A DNA stretch of 64,000 nt from Klebsiella pneumoniae (GTDB lineage Bacteria; Desulfobacterota; Binatia; UBA12015), in assembly GCA_945872365.1 (NCBI GenBank), contig CAMBZJ010000003.1, forward strand, positions 7,301-71,300, written 5' to 3'. Under the pieces are notes generated by a model. The model was not told the origin of the DNA. It saw nothing but the letters and a program-made list of their open reading frames with translations, and did not search any database. This document shows positions 34,893 through 43,762 of this stretch, one piece after another. The position numbers were made by a program, and so were the translations under genes. Numbering within the stretch: position 1 is the first letter of the stretch; each line of letters begins with the position of its first letter.

Positions 34893-36127
34893 GTCGGACG
34901 AAACGCGGCGCGGGCGAACCGGCCGGCGGCCTCACCCCGGGCGACTGGCTCGGCGAGACGCGGGTGCTGGTCTGCCTCGGCTCGGGTGGCGTGGGCAAGA
35001 CCACCACGGCGGCGGCGCTGGCGATCGCGGCCGCCATGGCGGGCCGCCGCACGGCCGTCCTGACAGTCGACCCGGCGGCCCGACTGAAGGATGCGCTCGA
35101 ACTTCCCGACCGCCCCGGAGTTCTCCACCCGGTGCCGTTGCCGGCCACGGCGCGCGGCTCGCTCGACGCCGTACTGCTCGATGCGAAGGGATTGTTCGAC
35201 AACCTCGTGCGGCGCCTCGCGACCGACGCCGCCCTCGCCGAGCGGATCGTGCGCAACCCGGTCTATCGCAACGTGGCCGGGGCCTTCGCCGGCTCCGACG
35301 CCTACATGGCCCTCGAACAGGTGCTCGACCTCGCCCGGAGTCCGGAGCACGACCTGGTGGTCGTCGACACGCCGCCGGCGAGCCATGCGCTCGAACTCTT
35401 CGATGCGCCCCAGAAGATCCTCGCCCTGCTTCAGTCGCGGGCACTCGAGTACCTCGAGGAACCCGGCCGGATCCTCGGCAACGCGACCTCGCGGCTCGCG
35501 CGCGGCCTGCTCGCCGGCGTCGTCGCGGCCCTCGAGCGACTCACCGGTCTCACGCTCATGCGCGACCTCTCCTCGCTCGCCTCGGACTTCTCGGAGGTGG
35601 CGCCGCGCTTTCGCGACCGGGCCGCCGCGATCCGCGACCTCCTGCACGCGCCGACGACGCGCTACGCGCTCGTGGCCGCGCCCGACCCGCACGCGGCCGA
35701 CGACGTCCTCGCCTTCGCGGGCGAGGTCGATCGGCTCGGCATCCGCTGCGACGCCGTCGTCCTGAATCGCATGTTCTCGCTCGACGCCACGCCGCCGGCC
35801 GTACGCCCGCCCGGGCGGCGGCGTGCGTCGACGGCAGGCGAAGAGTGGCCGCCCGGGATCTCGCGGCGCGTCGCCGAGTGCGCCCGCAACCTAGAGACGA
35901 TCGCCGAGGGCCAGCGGCGCGTGGTGGATCGCCTGCGCGACGGCCTTGACGACCTCGACCTGCGGCGCGGCGGCACGGCGCCGCGGCACTGGCTCGAGCT
36001 TCCGGCGCTGCGACCGGCTCCCGTCACGCTGGCCGAGATCACCGGGCTCGCCCTGCGCCTCGGCGCCGACCTGCGACCCAACGATCCCGCCGGCGGAGGG
36101 GCGAAGCGCCGTCGGCCCGCCGGGTGA
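34889..36127 (+). CDS. ArsA/Get3-family ATPase, subunit 2
   Basis: GSGGVGKTT, TVDPAARL, YMALE, VVDTPP and VLNRM motifs; ATGA overlap. Confidence 0.87.
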   Translation: MSRTKRGAGEPAGGLTPGDWLGETRVLVCLGSGGVGKTTTAAALAIAAAMAGRRTAVLTVDPAARLKDALELPDRPGVLHPVPLPATARGSLDAVLLDAKGLFDNLVRRLATDAALAERIVRNPVYRNVAGAFAGSDAYMALEQVLDLARSPEHDLVVVDTPPASHALELFDAPQKILALLQSRALEYLEEPGRILGNATSRLARGLLAGVVAALERLTGLTLMRDLSSLASDFSEVAPRFRDRAAAIRDLLHAPTTRYALVAAPDPHAADDVLAFAGEVDRLGIRCDAVVLNRMFSLDATPPAVRPPGRRRASTAGEEWPPGISRRVAECARNLETIAEGQRRVVDRLRDGLDDLDLRRGGTAPRHWLELPALRPAPVTLAEITGLALRLGADLRPNDPAGGGAKRRRPAG

Positions 36128-36131
36128 CCGC

Positions 36132-36524
36132 TCAGCGACGCGGCTTGGGCGTGGCGCGCGCGACCTGGCGGGGCCGGCGGCGGGGCGCCGCGCGGTCCGC
36201 GCCCGTCGCCTGCGGGGCCGGCGTGTTGGCCGCGATCAGGCGGTCGAGCTTGATGTTCAGGTTGACCAGGCTGCCCTGGAGCGCCTCGACCTTGGCATTC
36301 AACGCCGAGAGGTCCTGGCGGCTCGGGACGTTCAAGGTCGAGAGCAGCACCTGCATGTTGCGGTCGACCGTACCCTTCGTGCGCGCCGCCCGGTTGAGCG
36401 TGGCGCCCAGCGCCTCGGCGACCTGGGGGCTCGACAGGAGGTCGCCCAGCAGGCTGCCCATCCGATCCTCGCCCACGCCCAGCAGGCGCTGCCAGAGACT
36501 GTCCGCTGCCCTGCCTTTCGACAT
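36132..36524 (-). CDS. Phasin/PHA-granule-associated-like coiled-coil protein with basic tail
   Basis: LSTLNVPSRQDLSALNAKVEAL motif, R/K-rich C-terminus; GAGAGGAG RBS. Confidence 0.6.
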   Translation of the reverse strand: MSKGRAADSLWQRLLGVGEDRMGSLLGDLLSSPQVAEALGATLNRAARTKGTVDRNMQVLLSTLNVPSRQDLSALNAKVEALQGSLVNLNIKLDRLIAANTPAPQATGADRAAPRRRPRQVARATPKPRR

Positions 36525-36596
36525 GATCGCTCCTCTCGAGGATCCATTCGCCCGACGGTCGGCCTTGCACTACAGTCGCGCCATGGGGTGGTCAAG

Positions 36597-36842
36597 GTGA
36601 GTGCGGTGACGAACTTGCTCGGCTGGTTGAGCGGGCTGCTCTTCGTCGCCCCGCAGTTGCGCGACGAGCCCACGGTGCTCGCCGCGACCGCGATCACCAT
36701 GCAGATCACCTACGGCATCACCCTGCACTTCTTCGCGGCCATGACCGGCCGCGACCGACGCCTCTGGGGACTGGCCGGACTCTTCGGCGGCATCCCGGCG
36801 GTGGCAGCACTGCTCCTGCTCATGGAGACGTCGCCGGACTGA
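36597..36842 (+). CDS. Small hypothetical membrane protein (2-3 TM)
   Basis: Hydrophobic ORF ...GRDRRLWGLAGLFGGIPAVAALLLL; fills the gap between the phasin-like gene and acpS; start uncertain. Confidence 0.55.
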   Translation: MSAVTNLLGWLSGLLFVAPQLRDEPTVLAATAITMQITYGITLHFFAAMTGRDRRLWGLAGLFGGIPAVAALLLLMETSPD

Positions 36843-36864
36843 ACCCGCCCGTCGCCGCCGCGGC

Positions 36865-37248
36865 CTAGTCCTCGGCGACGACGAAGGCGATCGCCGTCCC
36901 CGCCGCATGGGAGAGCGACAGGCACCAGCGCCGCACGCCGCGGACCCGCGCGGTCCCAAGCGCCCGGCCGGTCAACTCGAGGCGCGGCGGCCCGTCGGGG
37001 TCGCGCACGACCTCGATGTCGAGCCATCCGGCACCCTGGCCCCAGCCCACACCGAGCGCCTTCATCACCGCCTCCTTGGCCGCGAAACGGGCGGCGTAGC
37101 TCTCCACGCGACCCCGCCCCCGACCCTCGCAATAGCGGCGCTCCCGCGGCGTGAATACGCGCTCTCGAAAGCGCTCGCCGTGCGCTCCCGCGGTCGCGCG
37201 CTCGATCCGCGCGATCTCGACCAGGTCCACTCCGGTCCCGAGCACCAT
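36865..37248 (-). CDS. acpS: Holo-[acyl-carrier-protein] synthase
   Basis: GTGVDLVEIARI, FTPRE, AARFAAKEAVMKALG and LSLSH motifs. Confidence 0.95.
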   Translation of the reverse strand: MVLGTGVDLVEIARIERATAGAHGERFRERVFTPRERRYCEGRGRGRVESYAARFAAKEAVMKALGVGWGQGAGWLDIEVVRDPDGPPRLELTGRALGTARVRGVRRWCLSLSHAAGTAIAFVVAED

Positions 37249-37262
37249 TTGCGTAGCTCGGC

Positions 37263-38978
37263 TCAGCAGGCGCCGCACGAGGTGCAGGTCGCCACGTCGC
37301 AGGGGTGGGTCTCGCGCTCGAGCAGCGCCTTGCGCCATTCCGAGAGCAGAAAGCGCTTGTCGACGCCGTGGTCGATGAAGTCCCACGGCAGGCGCTCCGC
37401 CGCATCCCAGCGACGGTGGACGAAGTGGTCCGGGTCGGGCAGTCCGTCGGCGCCGCGTGCGCGACGCGCCCCCTGTACGACCGGCCAGAAGCGCCCGCCC
37501 TCGCGGTGCGCCGCGAAGATCAGCGTGGCCACCGAGCGATCGCCGCGCGAGAGCAGCGTCTGCCAGAACGCGTCGCGCGGCGACTCGAAGTCGACCGTCG
37601 CGCCGGGAATCCGGGAGGCGGCCGATTGCAGGAGCCGCGCGCGGTCCCGCAGGACCCGGAGGTCCTCCATCGGCTCCCACTGCAGGGGTGTCCAGGGCTT
37701 GGGCACGAACGGATTGATCGACAGCGTGATGCGCCCGACGCCGCCCGGCAGCCGGGCGCGGATCAAGGCGGCGAGATCCGCGATCGCCGTCACGTCGGCG
37801 TCGGTCTCGGTCGGAAGCCCGATCATCGAGTAGAGCTTGAGCGCGCGCACGCCGCTGCCGGCGAGCAGCGTCGCCGCGCGCAGGATCTCCTCCTCGGTCA
37901 GGTTCTTGTTGATCACCCGCCGCATGCGCTCGCTGCCCGCCTCGGGAGCGATCGTCACCGAGCGCGTCTCGCCGCTGCCGAGGGCCGCCGCGAGTTCGGG
38001 GCCGACCAGGTCGGCCTTGAGCGACGAGGGCGAGGCGCGGCCGCCGCGCCGGGCGATCTCGCTGCAGAGCGCCGCGATGCCCGGTTGGCTCGCCATCTCC
38101 GCGCCGACCAGGCCGACCGTCCTGCGCTGCGGAAGCGCCTCCTCGATGACCGTCCTGCGCAGCGACTCCTCGCTGCGGTGGCGCACCGGCCGGTACATGA
38201 AGCCCGCGGCGCAGAAGCGACAGCCCCACTCGCAGCCGCGGCTCGCCTCGACGACGAACATGTCGCCGAAGACCGCCTCGGGGGTGAGGATGCGGGTCTG
38301 GGTCGGCGCATCGTCGAGGCGCGCGACGTAGCGGCGACGCACCCGCGGTGCGGTATCGTCCCCGGGGGTGCGACGATCCGGCAGGTAGGCGCCCCCGACG
38401 TCGGCCGAGGCCTCGAGCATCCCCGGTCGACCGACCGAGCGGCCGCCGCAGGCCCGCACCGCGCGGAGCCAGTCGACGAGCATCTCCTCGGCTTCGCCGA
38501 TCAGGAACAGGTCGACGAAGGGCGCGATCGGCTCGGGGTTCAGGAAGGTCGCCGGACCACCCGCCATGACGAGCGGTGCGCGCTCGTCGCGTCCGGCGCG
38601 CCAGGGGTCGAGTCCGGCGCCGGCCAGGAGGTCGACCAGGTGGACGTAGTCGGACTCGAAGGAGATCGAGAAGGCGAGCACGTCGAACGAGGAGAGCGGG
38701 CGCCCGCTCTCGAGCGAACGCGCCCGCCGGGACGCTCCCGCATCCGGCAGGAACGCTCTTTCGACCGAGACGCCGTGGGCGGCGAGGATCGAGTAGACGG
38801 CCTGAAAGCCCAGGTTCGCCATCCCGACCGGGTAGACGTTCGGGTAGACGAGGCACACGTCGAGGTCGCCGCCGTGCACCGGACGCGGCCCCAGGTGCAC
38901 CTCGCGGGCAAGACGGTCGCGATCCGACGGAACCAACGGCACGACCAAAGGAGTAGCCCCGCTGGCCGCGGCCGACAA
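37263..38978 (-). CDS. Radical SAM protein (B12-binding-like N-terminus, TIGR03960/YgiQ-related)
   Basis: YPNVYPVGMANLGF, RGCEWGCRFC (CxxxCxxC), TIAPEAGSERMR and a C-terminal C-x4-CxxCGAC. Confidence 0.88.
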   Translation of the reverse strand: MSAAASGATPLVVPLVPSDRDRLAREVHLGPRPVHGGDLDVCLVYPNVYPVGMANLGFQAVYSILAAHGVSVERAFLPDAGASRRARSLESGRPLSSFDVLAFSISFESDYVHLVDLLAGAGLDPWRAGRDERAPLVMAGGPATFLNPEPIAPFVDLFLIGEAEEMLVDWLRAVRACGGRSVGRPGMLEASADVGGAYLPDRRTPGDDTAPRVRRRYVARLDDAPTQTRILTPEAVFGDMFVVEASRGCEWGCRFCAAGFMYRPVRHRSEESLRRTVIEEALPQRRTVGLVGAEMASQPGIAALCSEIARRGGRASPSSLKADLVGPELAAALGSGETRSVTIAPEAGSERMRRVINKNLTEEEILRAATLLAGSGVRALKLYSMIGLPTETDADVTAIADLAALIRARLPGGVGRITLSINPFVPKPWTPLQWEPMEDLRVLRDRARLLQSAASRIPGATVDFESPRDAFWQTLLSRGDRSVATLIFAAHREGGRFWPVVQGARRARGADGLPDPDHFVHRRWDAAERLPWDFIDHGVDKRFLLSEWRKALLERETHPCDVATCTSCGAC

Positions 38979-38990
38979 GGCCGGTCGAAA

Positions 38991-39446
38991 CTAGAAACTC
39001 CCGCGGAACGTGAGGTCGGAGTAGGCGACGAAGGGATTCCAGTGCCAGCGGCCCGAGGCGAGTCCGAACAGCGCCGAGACGACCGGGAAGCCGATCGCCA
39101 CATCGCGCAGGGCGACCACCTCGCGGTCGAGCGGAAAGCGGGGCCCGCGCCCGATCGCGATGCGGACGATCACCGGGTCGCTCAGGCCACCGGCCACCTC
39201 CACCGACGCCACGTCGAAGTCGTCGCAACCCTCGAAGGCCTCCGCCATGGCCGCGACCGACGGCGCCGACCGGGGCTGCCCCAACTCGTGACGGCAGTAT
39301 TCCCGGACCGCGCGCCTCAGCGCCTCGCGGTCCGCGCGCACCGAGTGCGCGAGCAGTCGCTGCCAGAGCAGCAGGATCGCGACCGCCAGGACGAGGGCGC
39401 GCAGCAGGCGCAGCACCCGTCGCCGCGGGACGGGCGCGTCACGCAA
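38991..39446 (-). CDS. Hypothetical protein with N-terminal TM anchor
   Basis: Co-oriented ORF filling the gap; LLRALVLAVAILLLW helix. Confidence 0.55.
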   Translation of the reverse strand: MRDAPVPRRRVLRLLRALVLAVAILLLWQRLLAHSVRADREALRRAVREYCRHELGQPRSAPSVAAMAEAFEGCDDFDVASVEVAGGLSDPVIVRIAIGRGPRFPLDREVVALRDVAIGFPVVSALFGLASGRWHWNPFVAYSDLTFRGSF

Positions 39447-39470
39447 GGCCGCACCGGCCGGAGAGCGCTC

Positions 39471-40379
39471 TCACTTCTTCTCAGCCATGAGCGTGCGCCG
39501 CGCCCCGGCGAGTTCCTTGCGCTTGGCGTCGTCCACCTCCGGGTAGCGCAGGTCGAGCGAGGCCAACGCGTCGATCACGACCGCGGCGACCACGACGCGG
39601 GTGAACCACTTGTTGTCGGCCGGAACGACGAACCACGGCGACTCGGGCGTCGCCGTCGCTCGAATCGCCTCTTCGTAGGCGGCCATGTACTCCTTCCAGA
39701 GGCCGCGCTCCCGGACGTCGGCGCTCTCGAACTTCCAGTTCTTCTCCGGGAGGTCGATGCGCTCGAGAAAGCGCTTCTTCTGCTCCGCGCGCGAGACATT
39801 CAGGAAGATCTTGCGCACCAGGATGCCGTTGCGATCGAGGTAGCGCTCGTAGGCGCGGAGGTCCTCGAAGCGTTCCTTCCAGACGTTGCGCGACAGGCGC
39901 GTCGCGGGCAGTCGCTGGCGGGCGAGGAGGTCCTCGTGAACCCGCACCACGAGGACCTCCTCGTAGTAGGAGCGGTTGAAGATGCCGATACGCCCCCGCT
40001 CCGGGAGCTGCTTGTTGCAGCGCCAGAGGAAGTCGTGGTCGAGTTCCTCGTTCGAGGGGGCCTTGAAGGCGGCGACCTGGCAGCCCTGCGGGTTGACGCC
40101 CGACATGACGTGCTTGATCGCACCGTCCTTTCCGGCGGCGTCCATCGCCTGGAAGATCAGGAGCACGCCCCAGCGATTCTGCGCGTAGAGCTTGTCCTGC
40201 AGTTCCCGCATGGCGTCGATGCCGCGCTGAAGGGCCTCCTTCGCGCGCGGCTTGTCCTCCCGCTGAAGCGAGCCGGTATCGCCGGGATCGAAGTTCTCGA
40301 GCCGGAAGCGCTTGCCCGCCGTGACGCGGTAGGGGGCGGCGAACTTCCTGGCGATGGCGGCGATGTCCTCGATTTTCAT
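39471..40379 (-). CDS. Polyphosphate kinase 2 family (class III-like polyphosphate:nucleotide phosphotransferase)
   Basis: QAMDAAGKDG, HDFLWR, FNRSYYEEVL, KNWKF and PWFVVPADNKW motifs. Confidence 0.93.
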   Translation of the reverse strand: MKIEDIAAIARKFAAPYRVTAGKRFRLENFDPGDTGSLQREDKPRAKEALQRGIDAMRELQDKLYAQNRWGVLLIFQAMDAAGKDGAIKHVMSGVNPQGCQVAAFKAPSNEELDHDFLWRCNKQLPERGRIGIFNRSYYEEVLVVRVHEDLLARQRLPATRLSRNVWKERFEDLRAYERYLDRNGILVRKIFLNVSRAEQKKRFLERIDLPEKNWKFESADVRERGLWKEYMAAYEEAIRATATPESPWFVVPADNKWFTRVVVAAVVIDALASLDLRYPEVDDAKRKELAGARRTLMAEKK

Positions 40380-40631
40380 CCTGGCTCCCTCCGGTCGTGC
40401 AGGCCCGTCGGCGACCGGACATGGTCGCGGGCGGCGACCCCGTCATGCCCGAGGAAGCACCGCGCCGGCAACCGACGGCCAACCGACGGGCCGTGTGGCC
40501 GGTCCGGCCTGGGGCACCCGCGTGCCCGGGCGCGCGCTGGCATTCGAGCCGACCGACGGACTAGGGTGCCAGGGGCCGAGCGGTTCCGCCGCCGACGCGG
40601 CAACGACGCGGCCCGTCACGAGAACGATCCC

Positions 40632-42569
40632 ATGGGCACCCCCGTCCGTCCGGCGCACCAACCGATCACCGAGAGCGACGAGTTCATCGCCACGGCCCTG
40701 CGCAGCGCGAGCCTCCCCACCCTGATCGCGTCGCTCGTGCACGTGACCGGGGATCCGGCCCTGCTCCGCGGCCCGATCCGTCCCGGTCGGGCGGTGACGG
40801 GGGATTCCCAGGGCTCGTTCGACGAGGCGGCGAAGCAGGACGTGCGCCGGATCGCGCTCGAAGCCCTGCGCGCCTACCGCGACCGGGGCTGTACGCTGCC
40901 CCCGCCCCCGTCCGACGCGACCATCCGCGAGATGATGTCGTTCGTCGTGGGCGAAGACGTCCCCGAGGACTACGTCCCGATGATGCTCGAGGAGATGGCG
41001 CTCGACGGACGCGATGCCCGCGAGGTGCCGCTCGGCGTGGGCGTGCCCGGGGAGCGCAAGCGCGCCTTCCGCGTCCTCATCGTGGGAGCGGGGATGTCCG
41101 GCCTGCTCATGGCGATGCGACTCGGCGAGGCGGGCATCCCCCACGTGATCGTCGAGAAGAACGACGGCATCGGCGGCACCTGGTTCGAGAACACCTACCC
41201 GGGATGCCGGGTCGACGTGGCGAACCACTTCTACTGCTACTCCTTCGAGCCCAACCCGGACTGGAGCGAGTTCTTCTGCCGCCAGCCCGAGTTGCGCGCC
41301 TACTTCGAGGGCTGCGCCGACCGCCGCGGCCTCCGTCCGCACCTGCGGCTGCGCACCGAGGTCGTCTCCGCCAACTGGGACGACGCCGCCGCCCTCTGGC
41401 GCGTCGTCGTGCGCGGCCGCGACGGAGGCGAGGAAACGCTCGAGGCCAACGCGATCGTGAGCGCGGTCGGGCAGCTCAATCAGCCGAAGATCCCCGGATT
41501 CCCCGGCCTCGACGGATTCGCCGGACCCGCGTTTCATACCGCCGCATGGCGCCACGACTGCGATCTCCGGGGGCGGCGCGTCGCCGTCGTCGGCACCGGC
41601 GCCACCGCCCTACAGCTTGTCCCCGAACTCGCGCCGTCGGCCGCGCGGCTGCTCGTGTTCCAGCGCTCGCCCGCGTGGATGAGACCGAACCCGAATTATC
41701 ACCGCCGGGTGAGCGAGGGCATGAAGTGGCTACTGCGCCACATGCCCTACTACGGCCGCTGGTACCGGTTTCTCTGCTTCTGGCCGGGGTCGGACGGCTT
41801 GATGCCCTCGCTCGAGATCGACCCCGCATGGCCCCATCCCGAGCGCGCGGTGAACGCGGCGAACGACGCGATGCGCGAGTTCTTCACCGAGTACCTACGG
41901 GCACAGGTCGGCGACGATCCCGAACTCTTCGCGAAAGTGCTGCCTACCTACCCCCCTTTCGGCAAGCGCATGCTGCAGGACGACGGCCGCTGGCTCGCGA
42001 CGCTCAGGCGTCCGAACGTCGAACTCGTGACCACGGCGATCCGCGAGGTGACGCGCGACGCGATCTTCTGCGCGGACGGAACCCGCCACGAGGTGGACGC
42101 GATCGTCTTCGCGACCGGCTTCCACGCGACGCGTTTCCTCTTGCCGATGGAGATCACGGGTCGCCACGGCGTGCGCCTCGGCGCGCTCTGGGGCGACGAT
42201 CCCAGGGCGCACCTCGGCATCACGGTTCCCGGCTTTCCGAATCTCTTCTGCCTCTACGGACCGGGCACGAACCTCGCGCATGCCGGCAGCATCGTCTTCC
42301 ACTCGGAATGCCAGGTGCGCTACGTGAGCGGCTGCCTGCAGACGCTTCTCCAAAGCGGTGCCGGGGCGCTCGAATGCCGCGCGGAGGCCTGCGACGACTG
42401 GAACCGCCGCCTCGACGAGCGCATGGGCCGGACGGTGTGGTCCCACCCGGGAATGACGAGCTGGTACAAGAATTCCCGCGGGCGGGTGGTCACGACCTCC
42501 CCCTTCCGCCTGCTCGACTACTGGCGCTGGACCCGCCGGCCCGACCCCGCGGACTTCCGGCTTCGCTAG
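40632..42569 (+). CDS. Baeyer-Villiger monooxygenase (4-hydroxyacetophenone monooxygenase-like, with N-terminal extension)
   Basis: GAGMSG, GGTWFENTYPGCRVD, BVMO fingerprint FAGPAFHTAAW, GTGATA and ATGF motifs. Confidence 0.92.
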   Translation: MGTPVRPAHQPITESDEFIATALRSASLPTLIASLVHVTGDPALLRGPIRPGRAVTGDSQGSFDEAAKQDVRRIALEALRAYRDRGCTLPPPPSDATIREMMSFVVGEDVPEDYVPMMLEEMALDGRDAREVPLGVGVPGERKRAFRVLIVGAGMSGLLMAMRLGEAGIPHVIVEKNDGIGGTWFENTYPGCRVDVANHFYCYSFEPNPDWSEFFCRQPELRAYFEGCADRRGLRPHLRLRTEVVSANWDDAAALWRVVVRGRDGGEETLEANAIVSAVGQLNQPKIPGFPGLDGFAGPAFHTAAWRHDCDLRGRRVAVVGTGATALQLVPELAPSAARLLVFQRSPAWMRPNPNYHRRVSEGMKWLLRHMPYYGRWYRFLCFWPGSDGLMPSLEIDPAWPHPERAVNAANDAMREFFTEYLRAQVGDDPELFAKVLPTYPPFGKRMLQDDGRWLATLRRPNVELVTTAIREVTRDAIFCADGTRHEVDAIVFATGFHATRFLLPMEITGRHGVRLGALWGDDPRAHLGITVPGFPNLFCLYGPGTNLAHAGSIVFHSECQVRYVSGCLQTLLQSGAGALECRAEACDDWNRRLDERMGRTVWSHPGMTSWYKNSRGRVVTTSPFRLLDYWRWTRRPDPADFRLR

Positions 42570-42831
42570 GCTAGGTGTTGCGACCGGGCCAGACGGAACG
42601 GCAGGCGGTGAACACGCACCGAGCCCGCGCCACGAGGCCCTCCGTCACCGCTGGCAGCACCAGCGGCACCGAGGGCCGGAGTCCCGGGACCGACTGTCGA
42701 GCAGGAAGGGTCCGCAGACCCCCGAGCAGGCGGCGGCTGGTGCCAGCCTCCAGCCGGCCCATGATCGGGACGGCCGCCGGCCACGCCGCATCGGCCCCGG
42801 CCGGTTTTTCCTCGCCGCCACAGTTTCCCTC

Positions 42832-42867
42832 TTGCGCGGGTAGAAAAAAGGGGATAGTTCCCATTTT
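42832..42867 (+). promoter_or_regulatory. Putative sigma70 promoter overlapped by a 22-bp palindromic operator
   Basis: TTGCGC-N17-TAGTTC; palindrome AAAAgGGGAtagtTCCCaTTTT at 42846-42867, just before ATG 42869. Confidence 0.55.
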
Positions 42868-42868
42868 C

Positions 42869-43309
42869 ATGGAGAGATTCAGCAGACACGGGGACGAGGG
42901 AAGGGCCTGGAGCCCGATCCTCCCGGAACAGCTCCTGGGTTCCAGCGGGGAAGGCCACCCCATGCGCGGGGTGCGGGCCCTCATGATCGCGGTGCTCGAA
43001 AACGCCATCGCCTGCATGGAGGCGTCGCGACGCTCCCGCAACGTGAAGATGCGGCTGCGGGGCGCCCACGCCGAGTGCTGGATGCGTTCGAACGACACGT
43101 CCTACGCGTTCACCTTCCAGAGCATCTGTGATGCGCTGTCGCTCGACGGGGACATGGTGCGTCGCCGGATCTTCGCACGACTCGAGTCGGGGGAACGGGT
43201 CGGTCCCCGGCCGCCGAGTGCGCGGCGGATCGCCACGATGATCTCCAAGCTGACCACGCCCCGCAAGCGCATCCGCCCCTCGCGCCGCAAGGAGCGGCGG
43301 GTCGCGTGA
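42869..43309 (+). CDS. Small helical hypothetical protein (LM.AVLE.A / W...F..IC..L.LD family)
   Basis: ILPEQL...RALMIAVLENAIAC...AECW...FTFQSICDALSLDGDMVRRRI; basic C-terminal tail. Confidence 0.7.
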   Translation: MERFSRHGDEGRAWSPILPEQLLGSSGEGHPMRGVRALMIAVLENAIACMEASRRSRNVKMRLRGAHAECWMRSNDTSYAFTFQSICDALSLDGDMVRRRIFARLESGERVGPRPPSARRIATMISKLTTPRKRIRPSRRKERRVA

Positions 43310-43515
43310 TCTCTTTCTGGACATCTACGGCTCCGGACCGCCGCGCGGCAGGATGGAGCGAACCGGCCGGGCGCGCCGCGGCCGCCGCGGGTGGGGCCGC
43401 GGTCGGACGCAGTGCGCTCCGGCGGGTCGCGACCGGTCGCCCGCCCGGAGCCGATGAACGCGCGCGAAACCCTCGGCACCCGCACCCGCGCGTGCGCTTC
43501 ACCTCCCGTCGAGGG

Positions 43516-43628
43516 TTCTCGCCCCTCTGCGGCGGCGCCGTTGGCGTCGCCGCGGAGGGGCGGGAGGTTTCCGCCGAGTGACGTCATCCCCCATCCGTCA
43601 CTCGGTTCGTTCCGCAACGGGCGGAACG
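43516..43628 (+). other. Cluster of long intergenic hairpins (possible structured RNA)
   Basis: 24-bp stem 43516-43566 (4 G.U pairs on the + strand), 10-bp stem 43574-43605, 8-bp stem 43608-43628. Confidence 0.5.
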
Positions 43629-43762
43629 GGAGCCGGCCGGCCGGCGTCGCGGGTCGCGCTTCCCCCATCGGGGGCAGCCCGGACGTCGGCCGGACCGGCT
43701 CGTCGGAACACGTGGCGAGCCGGTCCGGGAACCTGATAACGGACGTTACGACGGTCAATCCC

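Noticed and set aside
33978..36127. Arsenic-resistance operon
   Set aside because: No arsR/B/C/D and no metalloid-binding Cys cluster; the motifs fit Get3-like pairs.
37305..40631. N-terminal part of the 1754-aa + strand ORF
   Set aside because: It is antisense to the radical SAM, hypothetical and PPK2 genes; stop-poor shadow frames are expected at this GC content. Only 40632-42569 is the BVMO.
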